Shown here in pieces: positions 12,728-25,098 of a DNA stretch of 64,000 nt (position 1 is its first letter; every line of letters begins with the position of its first letter). Below the pieces are notes generated by a model. That model did no database searches and was not told the DNA's origin. It saw only the letters and a list, made by a program, of their open reading frames with translations. A program made the translations under genes and the position numbers. Source of the DNA: Mobula hypostoma (lineage: Eukaryota); assembly GCF_963921235.1 (NCBI RefSeq), contig NC_086108.1, positions 14,136,001 through 14,200,000 on the forward strand, given 5' to 3'.

Positions 12728-15700
12728 AGACCTTACGACATAGGGACAAAATTAGGCCATTCGGCTCATCGAGTCTGCTCCACCATTCCATTATGGCTGA
12801 TTTATTATCCCTCTCAACCCCCTTTCTTCTGCCTTCTTCCTGTGACCTTTGCCACTCTGATTAATCAAGAACCTTTCAACCTCCGCCTTAACTATACCCA
12901 ATGACTTGGCCTGCACAGCCATATGTGGCAATGAATTCCACAGATCCCCGCCCTCTGCCTAAAGAATTTTTTTCCTCCTCTCCGCTCTAAATGGACATCC
13001 TCTAATCTGAGGCCGTGCCCACTGGTTCTAGACCACCTGCCCCCCACTATAGGAAACTTCCTCTCCACATCTACCCTATCTAGGCTTTTCAAAACTTGAT
13101 AAGTGTCAATGAAATTCCCTCTCATTCTTCTAAGTTCCAAAGAGCACAGGCCCCGATCCATCAAATGTTCCTCATATGTTAATCCTTTCAACCTGTAAAC
13201 CTTCTTTGGACCATTTCCAATGCTGCTAGCATACCTTTTCTCAGATAAGGGCCCAAAACTGCTCACAATACTCTGAAGTGTCGTCTGACCAATTCCTCAT
13301 AAAGCTTCAGCATTACATCCTTGCTTTTGTATTCTAATCCTCTTGAAATGAATGCTAACATGGAGTTTGCCTTCCCTACACTGATTTAACCTGCAGGTTA
13401 ATCTTTAGGGAATCTTGCATGAGCCTCTTTGCACCTTTGATTTTTGAATTTTCTCCCCGTTTAGAAAATAGTACACACCTTTATTCCTTCTACCAAAGTG
13501 CATGACATTGTAATTATCTAGTGTATATTGCATTTTTTCCACTTCTTTGCCCATTTCCCCAATCTGTCCAAGTCCTTCTACAGACACCCTGCTTCCTCAA
13601 CACTAACTGCTCCTCCACTTTATCTCATGATCACAAACATGGCCACAAAGCCATCAGTTCTTTCATTCAAAATCATTGACTTATAACGTGAAAAGAAGCA
13701 GTCCCAGCCCCGACCCCTGCAGCACACTGCTAGTAACCAGCAGCTTTATTCCGACTGTTTTTCTCCTACCGGTCTGCCAATCTTCTATCCATGTTAGAAC
13801 ATTTCCTGTAATACCACGGGCTCTTATCTTGTTAAGCAGCCTCATGTGTGGCACCTTGTCAAAGGCTTTCTGAAAATCCAAATAAACAACATCCATTGAC
13901 TCCTTTGTCTATCCTGCCTGTTATTTCCTCAATTTGTCAGCCAAGTTATCCCCTTGAGAAAATCAGGCTGACTTTGGCCTATTTTATCATCTGCCTCCAA
14001 GTACCCTGAAACCTCATCCTTTATAATAGGCTGCAACATATTTCCAACCACTGAAGCCAGGCTAACAGGCTTATAATTTCCTTTCTTCTGTCCCCCTCCC
14101 TTCTTAAAGAGTGGAGTGACATTTACAATTTTCCATTCTTCAGGAACCATTCCAGAATCTAGTGATTCTTAAAAGATAATTATTAATGCCTCCACAATCT
14201 CTTCACCTACCTCTATCAGAACTCTGGGGTGTAGTCCATCTTGTCCTGTTGACTTATCTATCTTCAGACTTTGCAGCTTCCCAGTCACCTTCTCCTTGGT
14301 AATAGCAACTACACTCTCTTCTGACCCCTGACACTCTTGAATTGCTTCCAAACTGCTAGTTTCTTACACAGTGAAGACTGATTCTAAGTACTTATTGAGT
14401 TCATCCACCATTACTTTGTCCTCCGTTACTACCTCTCCAGCGTCATTTTCCAGCGGTCTGATATCCATACTCACCTCTCTTTAAGTATCTGAAAAAACTT
14501 CCTGTATCTTCTTCTATATTGTTGGCTAGCTTGCATTCATATTTCATCTTTTCTTTCCTTATGGCTTTTTTAGTTGCCTTCTGTTGGTTTTTAAAACTTC
14601 CCAATCCTCTACCTTCCCACTATTTTTTAAAAAATATGCCCTCTTTATAGCTTTTATATTGTCTTTGACTTCCCTTGTTAGCCACGGTGGCCTCATCCTC
14701 CTTTTAGAATACTTCTTCATCTTTGGGATGAATCTATCCTGCGCCATCTGAATTGTTCTCAGAAGTTCTAGCCATTGCTCTTCTGTCTTCATTCCTTCTA
14801 GCGTCCCCTTCCAATCAACTTTGGCTAGATTCTCTGTCATGCCTCTGTAATTCCCTTTCCTCCACTATAATACTGATACATCTGATTGTAGCTCCTCCTC
14901 CTCAAACCGCAGAGTAAATTCTATCATATGATCACTGCCTCCAAAGAGTTCTTTTACCATAAGCTCCCTAATTAAAGCTTGTTCATTGCACCCAATCCAG
15001 AATTGCCTTCTCCCTAGCAGGCTCAACCACAGGCTGCTCTATAAAGCATTCTAATATCCTCTCTTGGGATCCAGCACCAACCTAATTTTCCCAATCTACC
15101 TACATATTGAAATCCCCCATGATTATCACAATATTGTCCTTTTTGGAAGCCTTTTCCATCTTCCATTTGTAATTTGTATTTCACATCCTGGCTACTGTTT
15201 GGAAGGCTAAATGTAACTTCCATCAGGGTCTTTTTACCCTCTCAATTTCTTAACTCTACCCACAAGGATTCTATACCTTCTGATCCTACTTTACCTCTTT
15301 CTAACAATTTGATTTCATTTTTTTACCAATAAAGTCAACCAGCCAACCCACCCCTTCTGCCTATCTTCCTGTGCTTGAATACAATGTGTACACTTGGTTG
15401 TAAGCTCCCAACTATGAACTTCTTTCTCAGAGATGTCTGTAACATCATGACTGCCAATCTCTAACTGCACTACAATATCATCTAACTTATTCTGTATACT
15501 GCATGAATTCAAATATAACACTTCCAGTCCTCTATTCATCACTGTTTTTGATTTTGGCCCCCTGCTACACCTTAACTTATCCCACTAACTGCAATTTTGC
15601 CTTTTCATCTGCCTGTTCATTCTCATCATCTCACTGCATCTGGTTCTATACCAGCTGTCCCATCCTTAGCCCTATCTCTCCAGTTCCCATTCCGGAAAAT

Positions 15701-15940
15701 TAGTTTAAACCCTCTTGAACTGCTGTAGCAAACCTGCCTGCAAGGATATCGGTTCCCCTCAGGTTCAGGTGTAACCTGTCCTTTTTCTATTGCTCATACC
15801 TTCCCCAGTGAGATCCCAATGATCCAGAAGTCTGATACCATGCCCCATGCACCAATTCTTCAGCTACGCATTCATCTGTCTATCTTATCCTCACTGGCAT
15901 TTGACACAAGCATCGGTCCAAAGATTACTACCCTGGAGAA
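12728..15940 (-). mobile_element. Near full-length degenerate CR1 LINE (ORF1 end, endonuclease, RT, 3' UTR)
   Basis: Colinear minus ORFs: GLEVLYLNSCSIQNK (APE), VPEEWKIVNVTPLFKKG, DVVYLDFQKAFDKVPH; many frameshifts. Confidence 0.9.
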
Positions 15941-15974
15941 AACTTTTTAAATTTGTTTTTTAAATTTATTCTGG

Positions 15975-16800
15975 ATACTTTCATAACCACTCCTGCATTT
16001 AAACTATTTAGTTTACAGACACACTTCAACTTTTCCCACTGACTGCAATCTTTCCCTATCAACCGCATATCCTTCCTTACAGTCTTACTGTACAGTGCAT
16101 CTACTGGTATGTCAACTGCGCTATCCTCTTCTCTGTCCCTGCCAAATTAGTTTTAAACCTTTACAAAAGCTTGAGCAAACCTGATCACAACATGATTGTT
16201 CCCCCACAAGTTCAGGTGTGACCCATGATTTTTGTACAGGTCGTCCGTTAGTCTTGCGAGACCACGGATCTGCACCTGGAAAGTCTTCACTCTCCAGGGT
16301 GCAAGGTTGTATGGAAGACCAGTAGTTGCCCATGCTGCAAGTCTCCCCTCTCCACGACACCAGTGTTGTCCAAGGGAAGGGCATTAGGACCCATACAGCT
16401 TGGCACGAGTGTCGTCGCAGAGCAATGTGTGATTAAGTGCCTTGCTGAAGGACACAACACGTTCCCTCGGCTGGGGCTCGAACTCACGACCTTCAGGTCG
16501 CTAGTCCAATGCCTTAACCACTTGGCCACGTGCCCACAGCAGGTCATACCTTATCTGAAACATTGCCTCTGCACCAATTCCTCAGCCATGCATTCATCTG
16601 CCAAATCATCCTATTCTTATCTTCATCACCATGTGGCACAGGCAGTAATCTATAGATTACTACACTTCAGGTCCTGCTTCTCAGCTTTCTACCTAGCTGC
16701 CTATATTCTCTCTTCAGGACTTAATCCCTTTTCCTGCCCATGTTGTTGGTACGAATAAGTACTACAACTTCTGGCTGCACACCCTTCCTTTCATATCCTG
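15975..16800 (-). mobile_element. CR1 ORF1/ORF2 junction fragment hosting a SINE
   Basis: Similar to 15500-15940 and 26050-26700; interrupted at TACAGGTC/ATACC. Confidence 0.65.
16243..16539 (-). mobile_element. tRNA-derived SINE
   Basis: Minus strand GGGCACGTGGCCAAGTGGTTAAGG (A box) and GAGTTCGAGCC (B box); CpG-rich; candidate TSD CAGGTC at 16237-16242 and 16540-16545. Confidence 0.88.
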
Positions 16801-16959
16801 GTTGACAGAGTCATTTCATGACCTCTTCTAATGTCTTTCTTAAGTTTTTTCCTGTATCACTGTAAATTTCAAAAGACTTATTCAATGCCAATTCCCTACA
16901 CCTAACATAACCTTTCTTCTTTTTCCTGATCAAGCGCTGTGAATTGAAGTTTCCTTAAA

Positions 16960-17400
16960 CTTGGTAGATTGGTTTATTTTGTTAGATACAGTGAAAAATG
17001 TTTTGCATTCCATCCATACAGATAATTTCATCTAATCTGATATAAGAATGCAGATGAAGTTTTACGGAGAAAGTAAAAGTGTAGGCTTATACGAAGTGCA
17101 TGGTCATATCTGGGTAGATTGCAATGTCAAGAGTTCATCTTATCATACAAGAGGTCTGTTCAATGTCTTATAACAGCAGGATAGAAGGAGATCTTGAGCA
17201 CTGTGGTCCATGCTCTCAGGATTTTGTATCTTCTGTTTGATGGGAAGTGGGAGAAGAAAGGACGTCTGGGGTGGAGGTAGCTTTGATTGTGCTGGCTGTT
17301 TTTCTAAAGCAGCGAGAGGAGTGCGTGCAATCCATGGAAGGGAGGTTGGTTTCTGTAATGTGCTGAGTTGTGTGCACAATTTGCTGAAGTGTCTTCTGGT
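16960..17400 (-). mobile_element. Rex1/Babar-like LINE 3' fragment
   Basis: TTGGTAGATTGGTTTATT tail and 3' UTR shared with 49820 and 57835 copies. Confidence 0.62.
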
Positions 17401-17539
17401 CTCAGGAAGAAAATACCTAGCTGTCAAGAATGGTATTTGAACCCTGCATCCAGTGAGATTGCGAACTGAATGCAGTGCCTTGAATCACTTAGCCATCCCG
17501 ATGATCAACTTTGCTTCTTACCCTTTCTGAGAGATGCTG

Positions 17540-18200
17540 CCTCTGAACTCTTACACATCCCCTAATTATTGGATATTGTTTTCCCCTCTAGCAGCTGCTT
17601 CCAATAGACTTCCAAAGAGTTCCTGTCATATACTATTGAAATCTACCTTCCCCTTGTTAAGGGTTCTATCTTGAGGACCAACTTCATCTTTCTCCATTGT
17701 GACCTCTGGATTTCTCTGCAGACGCTTTAGCCACTTGCCTGTCTTATTCCCTAAGGTCAAGTAAACTCCCACCCTAGTAGGGCTCTGTACATAGTTCTTC
17801 AGAAAACCCTGTCCAATGCATTTTACAAATTCCTCCACGTCTGATCCTCTTAGATTAAAGCAATCTGTCTCAATATTGGGGAAGTTAACCCCCCCACCCC
17901 CACTAATATAACCATGAAATTTTACAGACTTCTGTGTCTGCCTACATGTCCTTTCTCCAAGTCCCACTGAAAATTGGGAGACAAATAGAATAACCCCATC
18001 ATAATACAGCATCTTCTTATTGCTTAGCTTCATCTGTATAACCTGATTGGCTGATCCTTCAGGAGATCCTTCCTAAGTACGGCTCTTCCTGTCAGAAGAG
18101 CAACCACCTTCTCCTTTTGCCCCGAATCTGTCATGTCTGACTCTTCTGTACCATAGAGCATTAAGCTGCCAGTCCAACACTTCCCTCAAGGTGTTCTGTG
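17540..18200 (-). mobile_element. CR1 endonuclease fragment
   Basis: Minus ORF NFPNI...EEFVKCIGQGFLKNYVQSPTR. Confidence 0.7.
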
Positions 18201-18649
18201 ATTGCAATCCCTTGTGCTAATCCACACTCTCAGCTCCTCTGTTTAACCTGTAAGATAGATGAGCTGAGTGTCAGGATCAGTGCATTGCTTCCTCATACCC
18301 TCTTCTATGTCAACGACACCATCATGTCAGCTGCAGATTTGCTAATCAAATCTCCTACATTCACATTTACATCATTAGTATACAGTATATAACAATTAGT
18401 GATACGTTTGCAGGTCAGGCCCCTAGGCATTATAGCAATAGTTTTAACTCATTGAGGCCCTTATTGTGATGCCAATAGCTTTCCGATTTGAAGCCGTGGC
18501 TGCTATGCACTAATATTATCAGCCAAGGTTCTTTGTGCTATGCCAATAACTACCAGCTGAGACCCTAGTTGTTGTGCTAATAACTAAACTGTTATTGTTC
18601 ATAACTCATTATAGACAATCACTTGGATATTGACTTATTTTCTTTTTTT

Positions 18650-19985
18650 AATAGAGCATGGAAACAGGCCCTTTAGCTCAACTAGTCCATGCCAAATACA
18701 GCATCGTTCCTGCTAGTCCAAGTTGCCAACATTTGACCCACAGCCCCCCAACTCCCTCCCCTCCTTGCACTTATCCAAAATGCTTCTTAAATCTTGCTGT
18801 TCTACCCACCTTACACTTCATTCCAGGTACTCCGGTACCTCTGTGTAAACAACTTATCTCTTCAGGTCTCTTTTAAATGTCTCCTTTCTTACCTTTTATC
18901 TATGCTTTCTGATTTTGGAATCCTGAACACTGGGAAAATGATGATAACCATCCAACTTATCCACCCCCTTCATGATTTTATAAACCTCTAAAGGTCACCC
19001 CTCTTTTTCCTACACTCCAGGGAACAAAGGTCCAGCTTGGCCTATCTCTCCCTGTAAATAAGGCCCTCTAGTCCAGGCAGCAACACCTCCTCCATACCCT
19101 CTCCAACTTGATGATATCTTTCCAATAACACGGTGACCAAAACTGAATACAATACAAGTGCAGCCTCACCAACGACTTATATAACTGCAACATCCCTACT
19201 TTTAAATTCAGTGTCCTGACTGATGACAGCCAGCATGCTGAACATCTTCTTCACAACCCCGTCTACTTGTGCGGCTACATTCAGAAAGCTGTCCCTGTTA
19301 GTACCCTGCCATTCAGTGTGCAAGTCTCGTTCTGATCTGACTATCCAAAGTACATCACCTCACGCTTACCAAGGTTGAAATCCCTTTGTACCATTGTGAT
19401 TTGCTTCACTATCTACAAGACCCCCTAACTTAGTATCAACTGCAAACTTGCTAATCATACTATGTGCATTCATATTCCAACCATTTTCATAGGTAACGTG
19501 TAACAGCACTGACCCCTGAGGCACCCCACTAGTCACAGGCCTCCATTTGTAAAATTGACCTTCAACCATCACCCTCTGTGCCTATCATCAGCCAATTCTG
19601 AACCCACCTCACTAACTCCTCCTGTATCGCATGCAATCTAACCTTCTAGATCAGCCTGCCATGCAGGACCTTGTCAAAGACCTCACTGAAGTCTATATGG
19701 ACAACATCCACTGCTCTATCTTCATTTATCCCCTTAATTACCTTTTGGAAAAGTTCCAAAAGAAGCAGTATATCAGACATGACCTGCCACACAAAGCACT
19801 ATGCTGACTATGCCTGATCAGGCCTTGAATATCTAAGTGATGGTAGATCTTGTCCCTCAGAATTCCCTACAGTTACTTCCTTACAACTGGAGTCAGATTC
19901 ACCAGCCTGTATTTCCCAGGCCTGTCCTTTACTATCCTTTTTGAACAACGGAATAATATTAGTCACTCTCCAGTCTTGTGGAAGT
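18650..19985 (-). mobile_element. CR1 LINE RT and 3' UTR
   Basis: Minus ORF WRPVTSGVPQGSVL...SKFAVDTK. Confidence 0.82.
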
Positions 19986-20511
19986 TGTCAAGGCTCTCGT
20001 GTTATGGCAGTACCATTGCTGGATGTTGACAATGTGAGGGAACTAATGTTTCTGTTTGAGGACCTTGGTATCATGGCAATAACTTGACTCTGCAAGGTCT
20101 TAGTTTATAGCAGCAACTTCGCAGGATGAGCCTCTTGCTTTTTTAGAAGACACTTCACTGGTCAAGGCCCTCAGTTTTTTGCCAGTAGCTTTAATAATTC
20201 GGGAATCTTAGGTAATTTTTCAGTAGCTCTACTAGTTGTACATGTTTTGGCACAGATTTTATACATTGATACTCCTGGAATTACAACAGTTGGTTTACTA
20301 ACTTGCTTTCATATTTTTATGGTTTTCACTTTTCTACTAAAAGCTCTTAACCTCATGGCAATAGTGTCACTAGTTATGATCCCCTGTATTTTGGTTAGTG
20401 GAGGTGTTGTAGCAATAACTTTTGGTATTACACAAGTAATTCATCAAGCCCTTGTGCAGAGGCTATTTGAAGTTCTTGAAGTTTTGCCAAAGCTATTGCT
20501 GCTCTGGCATT

Positions 20512-20785
20512 AATTCAGAATCTGAATGGGGTTTATATCACTGTTTTAAGTGATGTGAAATTTGTTTTGTGGCAGCATTACAGTGCAAAGATAGAAAATA
20601 ACTTTTAAGTTACAAAATAAATAGTGCTAAAAAAGGAATAGCAATCTAGTGTTCATGGAGTACTCAAAAACTTCATGGCAGAGAGGAAGAAACTGTTTCT
20701 GAACCATTGGTTGGGAGTCTTCTGGCTCCTGTACCTCCTCCCTGATGGTAGTAATGAGAAGAGGGTGTCTCCTGAATGGTGAAGT
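20512..20785 (-). mobile_element. Rex1/Babar-like 3' UTR fragment
   Basis: Same tail and UTR as 2443 and 47520 copies. Confidence 0.65.
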
Positions 20786-20949
20786 TTACAGGTTGATAAC
20801 TTGAGTGTCATGGCAGCAACTTTACAAATTCAGGGCCTTAATGTCATAATAATTACTTTGCTAATTAAGACTTCTTTGGCTTAATGACAGTATCTTTTCA
20901 ATTTGGCAATTTGTTGATGTGATGACTATTTAATAGGTGGTCATTCATG

Positions 20950-21040
20950 ATGTGTCCTGAAGAAGGGTTTTCGCTCGAAACGTTTTTCCATAGATGCTGC
21001 CTTACCTGCTGAGTTCTTCCAACATTTTGTGTGTGTTGTT
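20950..21040 (+). repeat. Penelope-type terminus with hammerhead-core remnant
   Basis: GTC-CTGAAGA-AGGGTTTTCGCTC-GAAACG followed by CCATAGATGCTGCC...GAGTTCTTCC arm. Confidence 0.6.
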
Positions 21041-21282
21041 ATTTCATGTTTACATTTTCTTACAAAATATCTAGATCATTTGGCCCATCTAATTTATTCT
21101 CTCAGAGCATTTCCACTTGCTTCCTTTTGACTGATGCTCCATTTTGCCATAAAGGCACATATATTACCAGCAGAGGTTAATAACATTATTATTTGTACCA
21201 TTAACTTTACTGGTTGGTGAAGTGAAAATGACTTTACTAGTTAATGATCTTGATGAAGTGGAAATAACTTGTCAGATCCTGG

Positions 21283-23208
21283 ATCAAAGTTCAAAGTAAA
21301 TTTATTATCAGCGTATGTATATGTCACTATATACACCCCTGAGATTCATTTACTTGTGGGCATACACGTTAAATTCAAGAAATTCAATAGAATTAATGAA
21401 AGACAACACAACAGGATGAACAAACAACCAGAGTGCAATAGACAACAAACTGTGCAAATACAAAAGAAAAAAAATAATAATAAATATGCAATAAATATTG
21501 AGAACGTGAGGTGAAGAGTTCATAGGTTGTGGGAACATTTCAATGATGAGCAAGTGAAGTTATCCCCTTTGGTTCAAGAGCCAATGGTTGAGGGGTAATA
21601 ACTGTTCCTGAACCTGGTGGTGTGAGTCCTGAGGTTCCTGTACCTCCTCCCTGATGTCAGCAGCAAGAAGAGAGCACATCCTGGATGGCGGGGGTCCTTG
21701 ATCATAGATGCTGCTTTCCTGGAACAGTGCTCTGTGTAGATGAGCTCAGTGGTGGGGAGGGCTGTACCCATGGGCCACATCCACTACTTCTTGTCGGCTT
21801 TTCTGTTCAAGCTCATTGGTGTTGGCAGCCAGGCCGTGATGCAGCCAGTCAATATACTCTCCACCACACATCAATAGAAGTTTGTCTCAGGAAGGAGAGG
21901 TGCTGCTGTGCTTTCTCTGTAATGACACTTGTGTGTTGGACCCTAGACAGGTCCTCTTAAACAAACTAACATTCTCTACCTCTGAACCTCCAATGAGGAC
22001 TGGCTCATGGACCCCCCCTGGTCTTCCCCCTCCTGAAGTTAATAATCAGCTCTGTGGTCTGGCTGACATTGAGTGAGAGGTTGGTGTTTTGACATCACTC
22101 AGCTAGATTTTCAATCTCCCTCCTGTATGTTGATTCATCATCACCTTTGATTCGGCCTATGTCAGTGGTGTCATTGGCAACCTTAAATGCGGCATTGGAG
22201 CTATACTTGGCCACACAGTGGTAAGTGTAAGGTGAAAAGAACAGGGGGCTAAGCACACAGACTTGTGCTGGTGGAGCTTGTGGAGGAGATGTTGTTGCCA
22301 ATCTGAATGTTCCAGGGTTGAGTGAAGAGACAATGAGGTGGCAACGGCTGTAGTCCTGTTGTGACGGTAGGCAAATTAGAGCAGATCCAAGTCACCTCTC
22401 AGACAGGAGTTGATACGTTTCATCACCAACCTCTCGATGCACTTCATCACCGTGGATGTAAGTGCTACTGGATGACAGTCATTGAGGCAGGTCACCATGT
22501 TCTTCTTAGACACCGGTGTAATTGAAGCAGGCGGGTACCTCAGACTGCCGAAGCGAGAGGTTAAAAATCTCAGTGAACACTCCAGCCAGTCGATCAGCAC
22601 GGGTCTTTAGTTCTCGGCCAGGTACCCTATCAGGGTCGGATGCTTTCCGTGGGTTCAGCCCCGTGAAGGATACTCTCAAGTCTGCCTCAGAGACTGAAAT
22701 CGCTGGGTCATTGGGCACTATGGGAGTTTATGAAGATTCCTCCATATTTTGGTGGTCAAAGTGAGCATAAAAGGCATTGAGCTATTCTGGGATTGAAGCC
22801 TTGTTGTCACCTATGTCACCTGTTTTCACTTTGTAGGAGGTGATAGCATTCAAGCCCTGCCGCAGCTGTCAAGCATCCTTCAGTGATTCAAGTTAGGTCC
22901 GGAATTGCCACCACACATGAGATGAATTTCCAGAGATCATACCTGGACCTCTTGTATCTTTCATGGTCACCAGACCTGAATTCCACTGCTCTGGCCCTCA
23001 GCAGATTGTGGATCTCTCGGTTTATCCAGGCTTCTGGTTGGGGAAGACTGAATGATTTTGTGGGACACACTAATCAACAACTGTTTTTATAAAGTCCATA
23101 ACAACTGTATGGTATTCATTCAGATCCTCTGATGAGTCCTTGAGCATGGCCCATTCTATTGACTCCAAGCAATCGTGTAGCTACTCCTCTGCCTCCTGCG
23201 ACCACCAG
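21283..23208 (-). mobile_element. Rex1/Babar-like LINE, 5'-truncated, degenerate
   Basis: Minus ORFs NPRKASDPDRVPGR, CLNDCHPVALTSTVMKCIERLV, CVLSPLFFSPYTYHC...NDTT. Confidence 0.85.
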
Positions 23209-23734
23209 TGGGAATATCTTCACTAGTCAAGGCTCAAGATGTAATGTTTAGTATCTTTACTATTTGAGGCTTCTATTATTGCTGCAATAGATTACGAGGC
23301 CCTTAATGTTATGGCAATAACTTATTGAAACCCTCAATATTTTGGTAATACATTTACTTGTCAAGATTCTGGGTGTTAGGGCCATATGTTTATTGGTTGA
23401 GGTGATTAATGTAAAGCTGCTAACTTTACTATTCAATCCCTAGTTTAGGCAATATCTTCTCTAGTTAGGATTCCCAATGTTAAGGCAATAACTTTACTCA
23501 TTGAGACCTTGCTTATTACAGTAAAAATGTTAATACGTGGCCTTTGGCAATATGGTGATATCTTAACAAATCAAACCATTGGTGCTACAGCAGTACTTTT
23601 GGATTTCATCATGATAATAACATTGTTTTGTCAAGGCCCTAGCAGTAACATAATTAGTCAAGGACCTGAATGTAATGGGAACAATTTTTGTAATTGAAAT
23701 ACTTTCTGTTAAAATTAAATTGGGAATTTTGGTT

Positions 23735-24820
23735 ACTGTTGTTGCATGTACTGAGAAAGTGAAAATCTTTGATCTGAAGTACACATCATTTCATTGCATC
23801 AATGCTTTGAGGTAGAACATGGGAAACCAATAGCAGTATGCAGAATAAAGTGTTATGGCTATACAGGAAGTGCAGTGCCAGCAGAAGATAAGTTGCCAGA
23901 TCATAACAAGGTCAAGAGTGCATTTTGCTGTACTAGGGGAACCGCTCAATAGCCTGAGTACAGCATAGAGCATGGAGGGATCTGCTTTTAGAGTTTTGTA
24001 TCTTCTGCCCAATGGGAGGGGAGAGAAGGAAGAATGTCTGAGATAGGTGGCGTCTTTGATTATGTTGGTTGCTTTACCTAGGCAGTGAGAAGTGTAGGCA
24101 GAGTTCAAGGAGTAGAGGCCAGTTTTCATGATGTGCTGAGCTGTGACCTGCAACTCTCTGCAGTGTTTTTTGTGATCATTGGCAGAAGAGTTCCCATACC
24201 AATCCAAGTTGCATCTAGGTAGGATGCTTTCTATGCTGCATCTACGAAATTAGTGAGGATCAACAGGGACATGTGAAGTTTCCTTAGTCTCTTGAGGAAA
24301 CAGATGCTGGTGCACTTTCTTGGCCATGGTGTCTATGTGGTTGGACCAGGTCAAGTGATGTTCATTCCCAGCTACTTCAAGCCCTCAGCCCTTTTGACCT
24401 CAGCATTATTGATATTAACAGGGACATATGTACTGTTTCCCTCTTTGAAGTCAATAATCAGCTCTTTTGTTCTATTGACATAATTAGTCAATTATGTAAC
24501 TGGATTCTCTCAACCTTTTCGATCTTAGCACTAATAATTTATATAGAAGTGTGTGCATCACTCTGCTTGCTGAAGTCAATGACCAGCTCACTTGTTTTGC
24601 TGACATTGAGCGAAAAGCTGTTTTTGTATCATACCATTAGGCTCTCTATTTCCTTCCTGTACTCTAACTCACTGTTAATTGAGATTTCGCCCGCGATTGT
24701 GGTGTCATCTGCACACTGTAGATGGAGGTGGAGCAGAATATGGCCACACAGTCGTCAGTGTATAGGATGTAAAGTGGGGGGCCAAGGTCACTGGTGTTGA
24801 GGATAATTGTGATGGCAAAA
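23735..24820 (-). mobile_element. Rex1/Babar-like LINE fragments
   Basis: Minus ORF WYGNSSANDHKK...SPLPLGRRYKTLK. Confidence 0.72.
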
Positions 24821-24954
24821 ACTACCGGTCAGAGTTTAAGTGTTTTGTTGTGATCCTTGCTGTATTAACTTTAGTTGTTGAGTTACTAGTACCAACATCT
24901 ACCTGTGGAATTCCTAGCTGATAAAGCAATATATTGACTAGTGAGATCTTGGAT

Positions 24955-25098
24955 GTCCTGAATGATTCTTGAAAGGTCATTACTAATGCTTTCGCAATCT
25001 CTTCAGTTACCTCTTTCAGAACCAGTCCTGAATGATTCTTGAAAGGTCATTACTAATGCTTTCACAATCTCTTCAGTTACCTCTTTCAGAACCAGTCC
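24955..25098. repeat. 70-bp tandem duplication
   Basis: GTCCTGAATGATTCTTG...TCAGAACCA at 24955 and 25025, one mismatch. Confidence 0.93.

Larger units (their letters stand above)
18390..24950. repeat. Degenerate ~36-bp minisatellite split into blocks by later TE insertions
   Basis: Consensus by eye GGCAATAACTTTACTAGTCAAGGCCCTTAATGTTAT; blocks ~18390-18620, 19985-20510, 20785-20940, 21160-21270, 23210-23700, 24820-24950; GGCAATA at 23448 and 23484. Confidence 0.7.

Noticed and set aside
16465..16535. tRNA gene
   Set aside because: tRNA-like head continues into a SINE body with no T-run terminator; same for 29400-29472.
20247..20513. Hydrophobic ORF as a membrane-protein exon
   Set aside because: Arises from the AT-rich minisatellite; no Cav homology.
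18390..24950. 36-bp repeats as a CRISPR array
   Set aside because: Units are head-to-tail and degenerate with no spacers, no cas genes, vertebrate context.
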